This document shows positions 11,145 through 24,589 of a stretch of 64,000 bases of DNA, piece after piece. A program made the position numbers and the translations under genes. The notes beneath the pieces were generated by a model, which saw nothing but the letters and a program-made list of their open reading frames with translations, searched no databases and was not told the origin of the DNA. Positions within the stretch are counted from its first letter, which is position 1; each line of letters starts with the position of its first letter. Source of the DNA: Eledone cirrhosa (taxonomy: Eukaryota). The stretch spans positions 54,002,001 to 54,066,000 of the forward strand of contig OZ024746.1 in NCBI GenBank assembly GCA_964016885.1, read 5' to 3'.

Positions 11145-13129
11145 ATGGCTAATTCACCTCTGCACCAAGCAGCTGAAAGCCTTCCTCACAAATTAACACC
11201 TCACACCGACACCACCATTGTAAATGTTACTACGTTTGCCAACACAAAAAAAAATATAAGCAGTAGCAATATTTTAAATTTGTCTCAGGCAGACATTCAT
11301 TTCCCGCCATTACCAATGACTGCAGGTGTTAAACCCTCCACCACCACCACCACCGCGACAACCACCACCACCACCACCACCGCGACAACAGAAACAAAAG
11401 AAGAAAAAAATAAATTAACTCGTGACGTCGAAATGAAATCAAGCAAAATGGACTCTTCCCCACCAAAGACGACTGACGTCACCACCACCACAACTGAAAA
11501 TAAAATTAATATTAACGATAGCAACAACAACAACAATGACATTATAAAACCGACCCTCAGTTTCGCCATCGTAGCAAAACAATTCGAAGCGTTCACGGTA
11601 ACTCAAGAAGATTTAGAAAATGCCAAACAAATGGTAAAGAAAGATGGGTACAGGGTCAGCCTCACCCCCCCACCTAATAAAATGGAGCATCGGCGCCTGT
11701 GCACCGTGTCGTATAGAACAATAAATGTAAAATCGCGCCGAGTGGAACGGGCATCCGAGTCCCAAATCCAAAAAGCTTTGGGACATGTGTGGGCAAGAAA
11801 AACCCACATCAGACGTGGGCAAAAGTATGGAACCGTGGATGTGTTCTTTGAAACACCAGAGGAGGCTAGAGAACACTCCATGGCCCCATTAAAAAGTGAC
11901 GACCTCACACTCGTCCCAAGCTATTGTGGCCAGAGACTCGTAAAGATCAGGGTGACCCACGTTCCACCGGCCATCGAAATTCCCTGGCTAATAGCGGCTG
12001 TCCTCGCCGGCATCGAAGCCAACACGAAAATAATAGCAGTAGCAAAAGAAAAGCAGGAAAACTGGTCCGGATCTGGGATGGAGCTCCTGATCCAAGCGGA
12101 CCAAAAAAGCATTGAGGAGATCCCAGAGGTAATAGACCTCACTGACGGCAGCCACCTCACGGTAATTGTCGAGGGCAGAAGACCTAGGTGTGTCGTTTGT
12201 GGTGAAGGAACCCACCTAAGGGCTTTCTGCCCTCAGGCTAAAAGGTTGAGGCCACCTCTCCTACCCACCCCAGTGACACAACCATCAACACCACCAGTAG
12301 CAGAAATGGCAGCAACAACTGTAGCAGCAACAACAGAAGCAACTATAACAGCAACAACCCCAGCAACAGTAGCAAAACCAACACCACTACCACCACCAGC
12401 AAAACCAACACCACCACCACCCAACGCTTCAGAACTAGCACCAGCGCCTACACCATCCACCACACCACAACCAAAACTAACGGCTGTGGAGGATTTTCCA
12501 CTCCCCGGCCTATCACAACTGGAGACTGATTGTGACGACGAGGAGTGGGAAACGATATCCGGAAAAAAAAAAGAAACCAAAAAAGAAAAAATTCTCTTCC
12601 TTCCCCCTCCAAAAACAAAATACAGAGGGAAACAAATAAACTAAGAAACAAAAAAGTTAGGACAGATATGCCACCATCCACACCAGCATCACCAACCCCA
12701 TCAACCCAAACACCAACACCATCACCATCATTATCCCCAGCACCACCATCACCTACACCACAAAAGTCAACAAAAAGCGAAACAGAAACAAACCCACAAC
12801 AAACGCAAACAAAACAAAACAACCAAAACGATACACACTACACAGCATTAAATTTGAACAACAAGCAATTATTACACTACATCCAACACAACACCAGCAT
12901 CACAGAAAAAGACTACACAACAACCCCAAAATTCACACCACCTCCACACATACAAATCACTCGCATCACACAGAAAACGTACATGACACTAAAACAAAAA
13001 TTCCCCAAAGACATCGGAGACTTCCGACAAGCACTCTCCAGGAGGATTTATAAGGACATCCTTCCTGAGGAGGCCACAAGCAGTGAAAAGGATGGAAAGG
13101 CCGTCCTTCCCCTACGAGAAGTAAGGTAA
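11145..13129 (+). pseudogene. Tx1 ORF1 (divergent type), frameshifted in an A-run near 12565
   Basis: ORFs 11145-12644 and 12545-13129 together align to ORF1 of copy 1; CVVCGEGTHLRAFC knuckle; the frameshift could be a homopolymer sequencing error. Confidence 0.85.
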
Positions 13130-13163
13130 GTGGTCTTTCCCATCTTTTCCACTCCTTTTCAAC

Positions 13164-16100
13164 ATGACCTCACTCAGAATAGGCAGCATAAATGCGCGTG
13201 GCTTGGGGTCGTCATGGAAGCAGGGCCACCTGCTCAACGACCTCAGGTCACTAAACATAAATGTAGTGGCCATCAGCGAGACCAGAATCTCCGAAGCACA
13301 GGTTTTCGCACCGATCTTCGGCGGCTACGATGTGTACGCATCTCCCAGCCGCCCGGGATCGGGGGGAGGAGTTGCTGTGCTTTTTCGGAGAGGTTTGGAT
13401 CTTGCCATACGGGCCATCTTCCTGGACCCAGAAGGTAAGTTGGTGGTGCTGGACGTGACCAGCGGAGACGGGCAAGCTTTCAGGTTAGTGGCCGTCTATG
13501 CCCCGACAGGAGCAGGGCGGCCTGATTTCTTCCGGCGTCTGGAGACCTTTCTTGGAACGTCCCGCTCTTTAGTGTTAGTGGGCGACTGGAACGGGATCTT
13601 AGATGCACGCTGGGATTGTGTGGGATTAGTGGATAGGGAAGGAGGGTGCAAGAGTCTCACCAACCTGCTCAGACGTTTTGAACTGTCTGACAGGTACCGA
13701 ATGGATTTCCCGAATGTACCAATGTGGACTTGGACAAATCGCATAGGGTCATCCAGATCATATCTAGATAGAGTATTTTGTAGGGAAATAGATAGGTCTA
13801 GCATAGGCTGTCCACAATTCAAGATAGTCAGCTACACGGACCACAAATTCGTGATCTGTGTGCTTGACTTAGATAGGCTTCATAGATGAGGACCCGGCTA
13901 CTGGAAGCTAAACGCGTCCTTACCAGCGCGCAAGGCCTACAGAGACCGGATTAGCGAACTAGTTAAGCGGGCGTTGACGGGGGCCATCGTCAACAACAAG
14001 TGGTGGTTTGCTCTGAAAAGAGCAATTAGAATAGAGTCCATTAGGTTTAGTAAGACTTTAGCAATAGAGAAAAATAAGGCAGAGGGAGAATTAGTTAGAA
14101 AATTAGATGAGGCGCTTAGCAAAGGCATCGCGACCGACGTACTTGCGGCGAAATTGGCCCTTGACCAATTCTTCAATGCAAAGCACGAAGGCTGCGTTGT
14201 CAGAGCTAGGGTGCGTGCTCTCAGACACGAGGGGACGAAAGCCGTTCAATGGGCCCGAGTGGCGGAGGCGCGTCGTGGCAACAAAGCCACGATCCGGTCT
14301 TTGGTGGACCACGACGGGCGCATGCTACTCGATCCCGGGCAAATGTGTGAAGCTTTTCAGCGACACTTCACTCAACTGTTCGGGGGCAGTGGCGGGCCGG
14401 AGCGAGGGATGGTCTTTAGTGTCTACCTCGACGGACTGCCGCGGCTTTCGGCCACTGAGGCGGAGTGTTGCGAAAAGCCGATAACAACCGCTGAAGTACG
14501 GGATGCAATGACTAGTTGCACAAGGGGTAAATCGCCTGGTTTGGATGGTCTGCCCTATGAACTTTACGTACAAATGCGAAACTTGTTCGGAGGCCTCTTA
14601 GCGGACGTCTACTGCAACTGGCAACAGAACGGGAGAATTCCCAGCTCTGTGAGCCGAGGAGCGGTGGCGCTGCTGAGAAAGGATCCGAACAAGGGGGATA
14701 ACATAGATAATTTTAGGCCCATAACTCTGCTAAACACAGAGTTCAAGATTTTGGCCAAGGTGCTAGCAAAGAGGTTGGCGCTTGTCGTTGGTGGTCTGGT
14801 GGGAGAGGCACAGACATGCGCCATTCCCGACAGATCCATCCACGACAACCTCCACCTCATGCGATACATCGTAGAGAGGGTAGCTAGGGAACCTGGCACG
14901 GGTGGGTCTTTGATCAATTTAGATCAGTCGAAAGCCTTCGATAGGGTCGACCATCGTTACCTAGCGGCAGTCCTGAGGGCGGCTGGCTTTGGGCCCGTCT
15001 TCAGAGGCTGGATCGCTGCCATGCACAGCGACATCTGCTCTGTAGTGAGAGTGAACGGTCACCTTTCGGAACCGTTCAACATCATGCGCTCGGTCCGCCA
15101 AGTATGTCCCCTCTCGTCCCTATTGTACGTATTGACTCTCGAGCCATTACTGCACAAACTGGAGACTTTGAGGGGGTCCCGCGCGAACTAGGATGCGGAA
15201 GATCCGTGTCAGCATATGCCGACGATGTCACCGTAGTGGTGTCGAACGCCAAACACATCGAGGCGATCGGCACTACACTAAGAGAATACGAAGCGGTGAC
15301 AGGAGCGATGATCAACCAGGAAAAGTCAGTGGGCCTGCAGCTCGGCACCTGGAGAGGCAGGTCCATGCCGTCCAACAGCGTCGTCGGGCGCTGGACGGAC
15401 GGACCGGTTAAATGCTAGGGGTCTGGTTCGGTCCAGACCTCCAGACGGACACAAACTGGGACGAGGTGACGAGCAGGGTGGCTTCTCTCACCCAGAAATG
15501 GGCCGAGAGGAAGCTATCCCTGAAAGGTCGAGCGGAGGTGGCGAATGCGTACATCGGATCCGTCATCTACTACTGCCTGACCGTCGTACCTTGTCCTAAG
15601 CCCCGCCTGACTGCGCTGGAGCGTTTGCTCTTTCGCTTCTTGTGGAAGGGACGCGCTCCGATGGTCAGGCGGTCCATCTGCTGTCAACACCCGCTACGTG
15701 GAGGGCTGGGCATGCCGTGGCTGATGATGCGCAGACACGCGCTCAGGCTACGACATCTCCACCTCTTCCTCGACGGTGATCAGGTGTGGTCGCCGTTTGC
15801 AGGACACGTTTTTCCCCAGCTCGTCTCCTTGACGGAGCTGCAGTCCTGGGTCAAGCGAAGTCCGAGAGGGAGCGCTTGGAGACTGGAATGTCTTCAGGCG
15901 CTCACAGCCCTCGACCAATCGGGCAATGTGATCGGTGGAAACTCCACCTTGGCGTTCTATAGGGGATTAGTGGAGGGGAAGAGCGACGACGTACTTGGAG
16001 AAACTCTAGGCGTCGACGAAAATCAACTAGCCAATCTCTTCGGAAGGACTTTCGGGCCGGGGCCTATGGACAACTTCCAGAAATCCCTGGCCTGGCAGTG

Positions 16101-16581
16101 CTACCGAGGAGCCTTGCCAGTTCGGGATAAACTCTACAGGCATGGAGGTGCCGTCAGCCGGGCATGTCCGAGATGCGCGCAGGGCGACGAAACCGTCCTG
16201 CACGCACTCGTCCAGTGTCCGAGCATTGCTGACTTGTGGGTTTATGTCGAACACCTGCTGTCACGTGTAGGACGGATCCAGCTATCAGCTGAGTCCATCG
16301 TGAGGATTGCCCCGCCCCCTTCCTTTAGCCTGGAAGGGCAGGCAGTTTTTATCTGTCTGGTGGCCATGGCGAAAGAGATAGTATGGTGGACACGTTTGAA
16401 AGGGCTGAAGACGAGCACTTACCTCTTCGGTGATGCCCTGATTAACTTTTTCAAATTTCATTTGAAAAGAAAAATCAGGGTAGAGAGGGAAGTGCTCTCT
16501 TCCCAGCATTTTGTTGAAAGATGGGTGAGAGAAGCAAGTATGGCCCGAATGAATGGGCCTTCTCTGAGTATGTGTCTGTAA
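13164..16581 (+). pseudogene. Tx1 ORF2 with premature stop (13887-13889) and two 1-nt frameshifts (~15170, ~15412)
   Basis: ORF fragments 13164-13889, 13974-15191, 15104-15418 and 15412-16581 are colinear with 7193-10612. Confidence 0.93.
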
Positions 16582-16854
16582 ATTAAAGGTGGAAAACTGG
16601 GAGAGGGCACTTGCCCTGGTGGTCAGGGCCACTGTGGTCTTTTAATGGGCTTTCTCCACAAATGTCCCTTGGAAGTCTCCCCCCTATTGGGGAATTTTTC
16701 TTTGTTATTTTATTTCAACCTCTGTTTTTTTTTACACGCAGAAATGACCATTTGTACCGTCCTGTATTGTCCTGTACTGTCCTTAATGTCTACTTTATGT
16801 GAACCCTTGTGGTTAATAAAGAAAACATTATTATTATTATTATTATTGTTATTA

Positions 16855-19840
16855 CTCTTTGAGTCTCAGTCATTGATGTTAGTTAACTGGAAAATTTGTT
16901 GAGATGAATATCAAGCCACTACCTGCATCCTCAGATATTCTGGACGTATCGGAGGGTTCTTGCTGTTCCCAGCAAGCATGCCTTTTGAAGCGTTCCAAAA
17001 AGCGTGAAGGGGCCAATTTTCTTTAACCATCACTGGAAACTTTTTGAGATAGTCCCTAGTGCGCCTATGACAATCGGGATCACTTTGACTTCATGGCAGT
17101 TCCAAATCCTTTTTACCTCCCACTTTAAGTCCTGGTATCGGTTAATTTTCTCCCTCTCCTTCTCTTGCACTCTCGTGTTGAATGGGCAGGCCACATCCAC
17201 AATCAGGCACGATCTTTTTTCTTTGTCCAAAACCACCAGGTCAGGTCTGTTGTGTTCGAGTTTCTTGTCCGTCTGTATCCTAAAATCCCACAGCACCTTC
17301 ACCTGATCGTTTTCTATCACCACCTCTGGCTTATGCTCATACCACTTCTCAGAATGTGGTAAATTGTTTACTTTGTATAGGTGCCAGTGGATCACCCTGC
17401 CCATCACATCATGTCTCCAGCCCTTATAGTGAGTCTGGGCTAGGTGTTTACACTCGGATACAATGTGAGCCACAGTCTCCTCTCTCTCTCCACAGATCCT
17501 GCACAGTGGGCTAGCCTCCTCCTTGTAAATGTGGTGTTTCAACCACTTCGTTTTGAGGGCTTGCTCCTGCGCACCCATTAACATTCCTTCTGTAGCCTTT
17601 TTAAGGTCTCCTCTTTTCAACGAGTTCCATGTCTGTGGATCTCTAAATTCAGTTTTCTCAAAGAAGGTACTATGAAGGGATTTTTTCTGAAGGCTGCTCT
17701 TTCTCCTTGTTGTTATTTCCTCCTTGGACATCCCCTGGCCTATTGTCCCCTCCTTCAGTACAGCTCTGAGCATTGGCTCCTTACTATCAGTCACGTATTT
17801 GTGTAGGTTGTCTTTCTCCATCTGAACACAGTGCTCTATGCTGATAAGACCTCTTCCACCTTCAGATTTCCTTAAGTAGAATCTATCGACATCACTCCTC
17901 TTGTGGAACATGTTGTAGATAGTCAATAGCTTCCTAGTCTTCCTATCCATTTCTTTTTGTTCAGCAACATTCCATCTCAGAATTCCCGCACTGTACCTAT
18001 TAATAGATACAGCTCGGGAATTTACTGCACTTATGGCATTCCTACTGTTCAGATGTGACTTTAATACGCTCCTTACTCTCCGAATGTATCCAGATCTCAT
18101 CAATTCCTTCATCTTCTTGTTCTTGATGTCATCAGCCTCCAGAACACCCAAATACTTGTATCCTTCTTCAGTGTCAATTTCCTTTATCATCACACCTGTT
18201 GGTACCTGGATTCCGTTGCTTCTGCTCAATTTACCCCTCTTCATCACAAGGACTCCACACTTACTAATACCAAATTGCATACATATATCATTGCTGAAAA
18301 TACGGACAGTGTCAACAAGCACATCCATCTCCATCTCGCTCTTCCCGGGTAGCTTAAGATCGTCCATGAAGAGGAGGTGATTGATGGTAAGCTCTCCCTT
18401 TCCCAACTTGTATCCTGCTCTCACTTTTCGCAGTATAATGGTCAGGGGCATCAGAGCAAGGACAAACAACAGAGGGGACAGACTATCTCGCTGGAAAATA
18501 CCTCTCTTGATCTTCACGCCTCCCAAGGATTCTCCAGCTGATGTTATCTCTGTTTTCCAGGACTTCATACTTTTGCCCAACAACTGTCTGATGTTATCTG
18601 CCACCTTGAAAATCTCTATGCTTTTGGTGATCCAAGAATGAGTCACCATGTCAAATGCCTTTTTGTAGTCTATCCATCCCATGGCAAGACCAGTGTATCT
18701 CCTCTTGCAATTCCTCATTACGATCTTATCAATAAATAACTGGTCCTTTGTACCACGGGACTTCTTTCGGCATCCTTTCTGTTCGTCCGGTAACAAGTTG
18801 TTTGTGTGGAGGTGATGGTAGATTTCCTCAGACAGTTTCCACATTACGGACAGACATGTGATAGGTCTATAGTTGGTAACATCATTACCCTTGATTCGGT
18901 CTTTCATTACCAGAACTGTGGTACCTTTTGTCAACCACTCTGGTACCTCACCTGACATCAAGCAGTCATTGAACATGGTTGTCAGTTTCGGGTGGAGGGA
19001 TGTTATATTTTTAATCCAATACCCCTGCATACCATCTGGGCCTGGTGATTTCCAGTTGGTTAGTTTTTTAGCCTGCCCCGTAAGAGTTTCAACTGTGATA
19101 CTCAAATCAGTTTGTTGGTGTGCCTGTTCACTAATCTCCTTTTGTACTGTCTCAATCCACACTGCCTGGTCATTATGTTTAACAACCTGCTCCCATATTC
19201 CTCTCCAGAATGTCTTAGTTTGTTCCGCTTCAGGGATCAAGTCGTTGCTTCCTTCTTTCCCTTCAAGCTGTCCAAACAGCATCTTCTGGTTGTTGTCAAA
19301 CATGCGGTTCTGTCTATACTGACTGACTCTGCTCTCGTATCGGCTAATTTTTGCACTCTTTGCTACAATGCGTTGCTTCAGTTCCTCTATGATAATATTT
19401 AGCTTTTTCCTCCTAGTTTTGTACTTTATTTCCAGTCTATTTTTAGTGTCAATGTTTTTTTAGTGTCCCATTCAGTAGGGACTCAAGCTTTCCAATGTCA
19501 TTTCTCATTTCCCTGATTTGACCATTCAGTCGTTTCTTCCACCAAGGTTCTGATCTTTCTTGTTTGTTGTTCCCTCTCGCTTTTATGCCAAGTAATTTCC
19601 TCGCCGCATTTGCTGTTGTTTTGTGGATATTGTTGCACTGGTGAAGGCTCCTCGCCTCAAGGTATGGGATGACTTTGTTTACCTTAGCTGTTGTTTCTTT
19701 TAACTTTTTCCTGTCTACAAATCTTAGGTTCATATGTTTCCCACTATCATTGTTCAATTCATCTACCACTAAGTTTAGGATATCAACCAAATCTTGTCCT
19801 AGCCCGTCAGCATTCATCTCCTCAATGGCGTATCTTTGTT
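16855..19840 (-). mobile_element. 5'-truncated R4/Dong-type RLE retrotransposon (family B, distinct from A)
   Basis: 3' end abuts the (ATT)n at 16827-16854; long RT-RLE ORF. Confidence 0.9.
16931..19817 (-). pseudogene. RT + CCHC + restriction-like endonuclease, degenerate
   Basis: YRPITCL, DYKKAFD, GIFQRDSLSPLLF, FMDDLKL, CRICGEREETVAHIVSEC, RHD, NRPDLVV; frameshifts near 17030 and 19303-19449. Confidence 0.9.
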
Positions 19841-19880
19841 CCAGGTATTATTTATTTCAGCATTCGGATCATTGTCTTAA

Positions 19881-20100
19881 CCTTTTAATGTTCAAACCGG
19901 CCAAAACCGGCCAGAATTCTCTACCTTTTTCTGTTGAAACTGACTGTAACTGGTCGCTCAAACTGATGTTAAGCTATTGTTCTCAAAATAAATACTTTCA
20001 AAATCTCATAGATTCGATATTATGTGAGATAACTATGCGAGATAAAGCCTTTACCATGAAAATATAATAGTATATATAGAGTAATGTGAATGCTAAAGGG
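19881..20100. mobile_element. piggyBac-type MITE
   Basis: TTAA|CCTTTTAATGTTCA ... TGAATGCTAAAGGG|TTAA: imperfect TIRs with TTAA on both sides. Confidence 0.65.
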
Positions 20101-20493
20101 TTAAATAATGTTTTCGTATTGTGCCTCATCGGAACCAAATCTCTCTGTATATCGTGTATGTCATCTTAGGAAATCACATTATATTCGACACATTGGTGAA
20201 TTACAGGCAACCCATAGCAGAGCTTTGGTACCCTGCTATATTGAAAGACGGCATGGTATGATTTGAGAAAACACATAAAGTTAAATATTATATGTGTATT
20301 TTTACCACGGATCCGTAAAACACCTGATGGTATCTTAGGCACGTTGTAGTGATAAACGTATCACCTCACCAGGGCTGGACACACCAGATTTCTTCCAGTG
20401 AGAGGGAGAAAGAAAGAGAGAGAGAGAGAGCAGGACTGGACGCAGCAGATTTCTTTCAGCGAGAGGGAGAGAGAGATAGAGATATATAGATAG

Positions 20494-20544
<51 letters not shown>

Positions 20545-20639
20545 GGGAGAGAGAGAGAGAGAGAGCGAGAGGGAGAAATACATAATAGAGATAGATAGAG
20601 AGAGAGAGAGATGAAGTGAGAAAGACATAATAGAGAAAG

Positions 20640-20802
20640 AAACGACCCCAGTACTTGGCTGCTTCTCTTTATCGACATTGAATGGATGAAAGAGGCAAAG
20701 TTGACCTCAGTGAGATTTGGATACAGAGTGCAGCGAGGCGGTAAAAATGCCACCAAGCACTCTGTTTGACGTTCTAACGACTCTGCCAAAGTCACCGCCT
20801 TC
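20640..20802 (-). mobile_element. tRNA-derived SINE (Meta/MESC-like core), degenerate
   Basis: reverse complement matches the SINEs at 24.6-25.4 kb (ggcggtgactttggcagagtcgttagaacg ... ttcatcc ... gtcgataaa). Confidence 0.65.
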
Positions 20803-20924
20803 AAATAATTCATTTCCACTCGCGAACAAATTACGAAAAGATTTGACAGAATCTACCATGGGAATCGATCTGTGTATCTGTTTTATGTATAAATGTATTA
20901 TTATCAATATATATACATCCGTGT

Positions 20925-21045
20925 GAAGGCACGTGGCTGAGTGGTTAAGAGAATTGGATTCGTAATCGTGAGGTTGTGAGTTCGTTTCCTGGAGCGGGCG
21001 ATGAGTTATGTCCCTGAGCAAGGCACTTTATTTCACGTTGCTCCT
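20925..21045 (+). mobile_element. tRNA-derived SINE with CORE-like segment
   Basis: A box TGGCTGAGTGG, B box GTTCGTTTCC, then gtccctgagcaaggcacttta. Confidence 0.75.
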
Positions 21046-21948
21046 TCTACCTGGAGTTGCGACATATAGATAGTATTAGCAATTGGAAAGATCAACGGAA
21101 ACATTGTTTCCTCGGTCCGTTTTGACGAAAGTCGATCAACTGTTGATACATCCGTGCGAAGATGATTAACGTGAGAATGAGCAGTCAATACTGAAGTAGA
21201 GTTTCATAATATATATGTTTTTTATTAGCATTGCGTTATGAGTCTTGTTACGTTGGAATTTCACCTGTGCACTCAAAGGATAATCAGACAAGACAGAATG
21301 TTCAGAGATAGCGAGACAGTATAAATATGGAAAAACCCAGGGAGTGGGAGCCGTGGATGATATTATTTTGATGGCATAGTTATATAGGTAGGGTGATTTT
21401 TGGGGAGATGTAGACACTAACAAAGATACGAGAACGGAGAAAAAAGAAAAGAAAAAGGCGAACGACTAAGAGGAAGTCAAGGTGAATAAGAAAAAGGAGT
21501 GAGAAAATGGGGGGGGGGAGAATAAAGATAAAGTAAAAAAAGAAAAGAAAGGGGGTCGAAAGAGAAAGAAAGAAAAAAACAAGCAGAAAAAGGGAAAAAA
21601 GAACAAAAGAAAAAGCCAAATAAAGAGAGCAATCTAGAAAAAGGGTTAAGAGGTTTTGATGGGGAATGGCAAAGAAGCGCCACTAGATATACCGTGTAAA
21701 TCATTGAAAATACGTACAGTTGTATATAAGAATATCTATCAATATATTTGTATGTATACGTACATACATATATGTATACAGACGTACAGTACTATGTATA
21801 TATATACATACATGCACACATATATATATATATATGCACATTTATTATAATGCTCGGTTTGTTTGTTTGTAAACAAACAAACAGCCCGAATTACGCCGTA
21901 CAGTTTTTAGGCAACCAAGTCACCTTTTTGTTCAACACTGACACAGGA

Positions 21949-21991
21949 ACGATGTACTAGTTTCAAGCTTATTAGCTATCGTCAGCATCGT
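21949..21991 (-). ncRNA. Type I hammerhead ribozyme (minimal, palindromic stem III)
   Basis: ACGATG CTGACGA TAGCT AATA AGCTT GAAA CTAG TA CATCGT. Confidence 0.88.
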
Positions 21992-22396
21992 ATACCTTCC
22001 TGCCAGATGGTTGAACGTCTGAAAGTATATACTTTCCTTATGCATATTAACGGCTGATCGGCCTAATTTGTATATCGAGTGAGTTCAGTCGGCCGGGCAC
22101 ACCGAAAACGATAAATGGAATAGAATGAAACAAAATTTCATTTCTCACTCTTAGAACGGCACTTACTTAAATGTAAGTATGTATGTATGTATACGTACAT
22201 ACATATATATATATACAGACGTACAGTAGTATGTATATATATACATACATGCACACATATATATATGCCCGTATCGGTTTACCGAACATTTATTATAATG
22301 CTCAGTTTGTTTGTTTGTAAATAAACAAACAGCTCGGATTACGCCGTACAGTGTTTAGGCAACCACGTCACCTTTTTGTTCAACACTGACACAGGA

Positions 22397-22436
22397 ACAA
22401 TGTACTAGTTTCAAGCTTATTAGCTATCGTCAGCAT
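22397..22436 (-). ncRNA. Type I hammerhead ribozyme, stem I shortened by the inversion junction
   Basis: ATG CTGACGA TAGCT AATA AGCTT GAAA CTAG TA CATTGT. Confidence 0.75.
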
Positions 22437-22918
22437 GAAGCTTGAAACTAGTACATCGTTCCTGTGTCAGTGCTGAACAAAAAGGTGACGTGGTTGCCTA
22501 AACACTGTACGGCGTAATTCGGGCTGTTTGTTTGTTTACAAACAAACACACCGAGCATTATAATAAATGTTCGGTAAACAGATACGTGCATATATATATG
22601 TGTGCATGTATGTATATATATACATACTACTGTACGTCTGTATACATATATGTATGTACGTTTACATACATACATAATTACATTTAAGTAAGTGCCGTAC
22701 TAAGAGTGAAAAATGAAATTTCGTTTCATTCTATTCTATCTATATATTCATCTAAATATATATATATATATAAATATATATACACACACACATATATATG
22801 TATATATATGTGCTTATATGTGCGTGTGCGTGTGTAATTATACCAAAAGAAGTTAAAAGATTTTGGGAGTGTACTTTAAACAAAAAACAAAAAATAAATA
22901 AACGAAAGCAGATGTATG

Positions 22919-22959
<41 letters not shown>

Positions 22960-23201
22960 TACACATATACATACATTTGTATACATATATGTATACATCC
23001 ATTTCTATGCATATGTAAACAACGATCTACCTATCTATCTATATATATATTCATAGGAACGAGTAGGACCCCGACGGCTGAGCTCAAGCCGTTTCGACGG
23101 CTAATTCTGGACTATGGTCCACCTGGTTCCTTACCACATTTCCTTCGTTATATATATATTCATATACATCTCCCCACACACATAGACCCGTCCACATAAC
23201 T

Positions 23202-23278
<77 letters not shown>

Positions 23279-23826
23279 TATATATATATGATTAAACAAA
23301 ATCATGAAGAGATCCTGACAAGTTATAAAGCCTGATGTTCTATTATAGGTTTTCTTTTTTGACATAGGGTTCAGTGGAGTTAAAATGGCCGTAACTAGAA
23401 TTCTGTTTATTTTAAAATCTGATGCTTTTTGTCCTCCATTTTGTTTTTAACTTTTAACATCCCTCTTCTACACAGAACTTGCTTTGAATATCAAAAGATA
23501 GAATTTAAAGTCGGATAAACTGAAGATGTCAATATTAGAAGATGATAACACGACCAATTCCACAGACAAGTATTCTCAATAAGTTTCCTTTCCCCAGAAG
23601 AACATATTATAGCCACTTTTCTATCAGGTTAACTGAAAAAAGATGAGCTAAATATAGATTATAAAAGTTCAAACAACGATACAACTGAGACAGAAAAACC
23701 TTTCAAATTTTCCACCTTTCGCTTGCAAGCACACACGGACTTACATACATTCACATACACCCCATAGAGCGGTGTGTACAGACGCATACACAAATACACG
23801 TATACAAACGCAGACACACCCACACA

Positions 23827-23887
<61 letters not shown>

Positions 23888-23940
23888 ACACACACACAAA
23901 CAGTCACAAACTCACACACAGACATATATATATAAATATA

Positions 23941-24037
<97 letters not shown>

Positions 24038-24209
24038 ACATATATTTGTATATATATATTTGTATATATGTATGTATATAACTATTCGCACAAATACACA
24101 CAGAAACACAGACCAGTGATCACACATACAGACACACATATATTCTCTCTCTTCATTCAATTCAACTATTTTTCTTGCTCTTGAATCTTAATGTCTTCTC
24201 TTTCATATA

Positions 24210-24261
24210 CACACAACATTCAATATTTCTTTCTTTCATTTTCTTTCTTTCTTTCTTTCCT

Positions 24262-24293
<32 letters not shown>

Positions 24294-24307
24294 TTTTCTT
24301 TCTTTTT

Positions 24308-24382
<75 letters not shown>

Positions 24383-24455
24383 CTCTTGCTTTCTTTCTTT
24401 CTTTCTTTCTTTCTTTCTCTCTTCGTTCTTTCTTTCTCTCTTTCTTTCTTTCCTT
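24210..24455. repeat. (TTTC)n microsatellite
   Basis: direct reading. Confidence 0.9.
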
Positions 24456-24589
24456 TTCATTTTTTCCCTTCAAGGGTATTTTTCTGTATCTGTACAGATA
24501 CCGTGCATTCTAAGTTCCAATCACGTCCCCCTGTCATTGGGATCACTGGAGAAGCTTTTGCCAGGAACTGCAACCGGTAGATATCATTA

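Larger units (their letters stand above)
10935..16826 (+). mobile_element. Full-length L1/Tx1-clade element, copy 2, disrupted
   Basis: same organisation as copy 1; ORF2 and 3'UTR near-identical; (ATT)n flanks. Confidence 0.92.
21749..22737. repeat. HHR-bearing tandem repeat, array A (unit 448 bp), inverted at ~22437
   Basis: HHR motif recurs at 21949 and 22397; 22438-22737 is the reverse complement of the unit. Confidence 0.9.

Noticed and set aside
7243-16902. Many short overlapping or antisense ORFs inside the Tx1 elements
   Set aside because: Alternative frames of GC-rich ORF2; duplicated only because the element is duplicated.
20925-21000. tRNA gene
   Set aside because: A/B boxes continue into a CORE-like SINE body; no proper cloverleaf.
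21180-21235. Minus-strand CTAATAA...GAAA..TA resembling an HHR
   Set aside because: Two core mismatches and no stem II.
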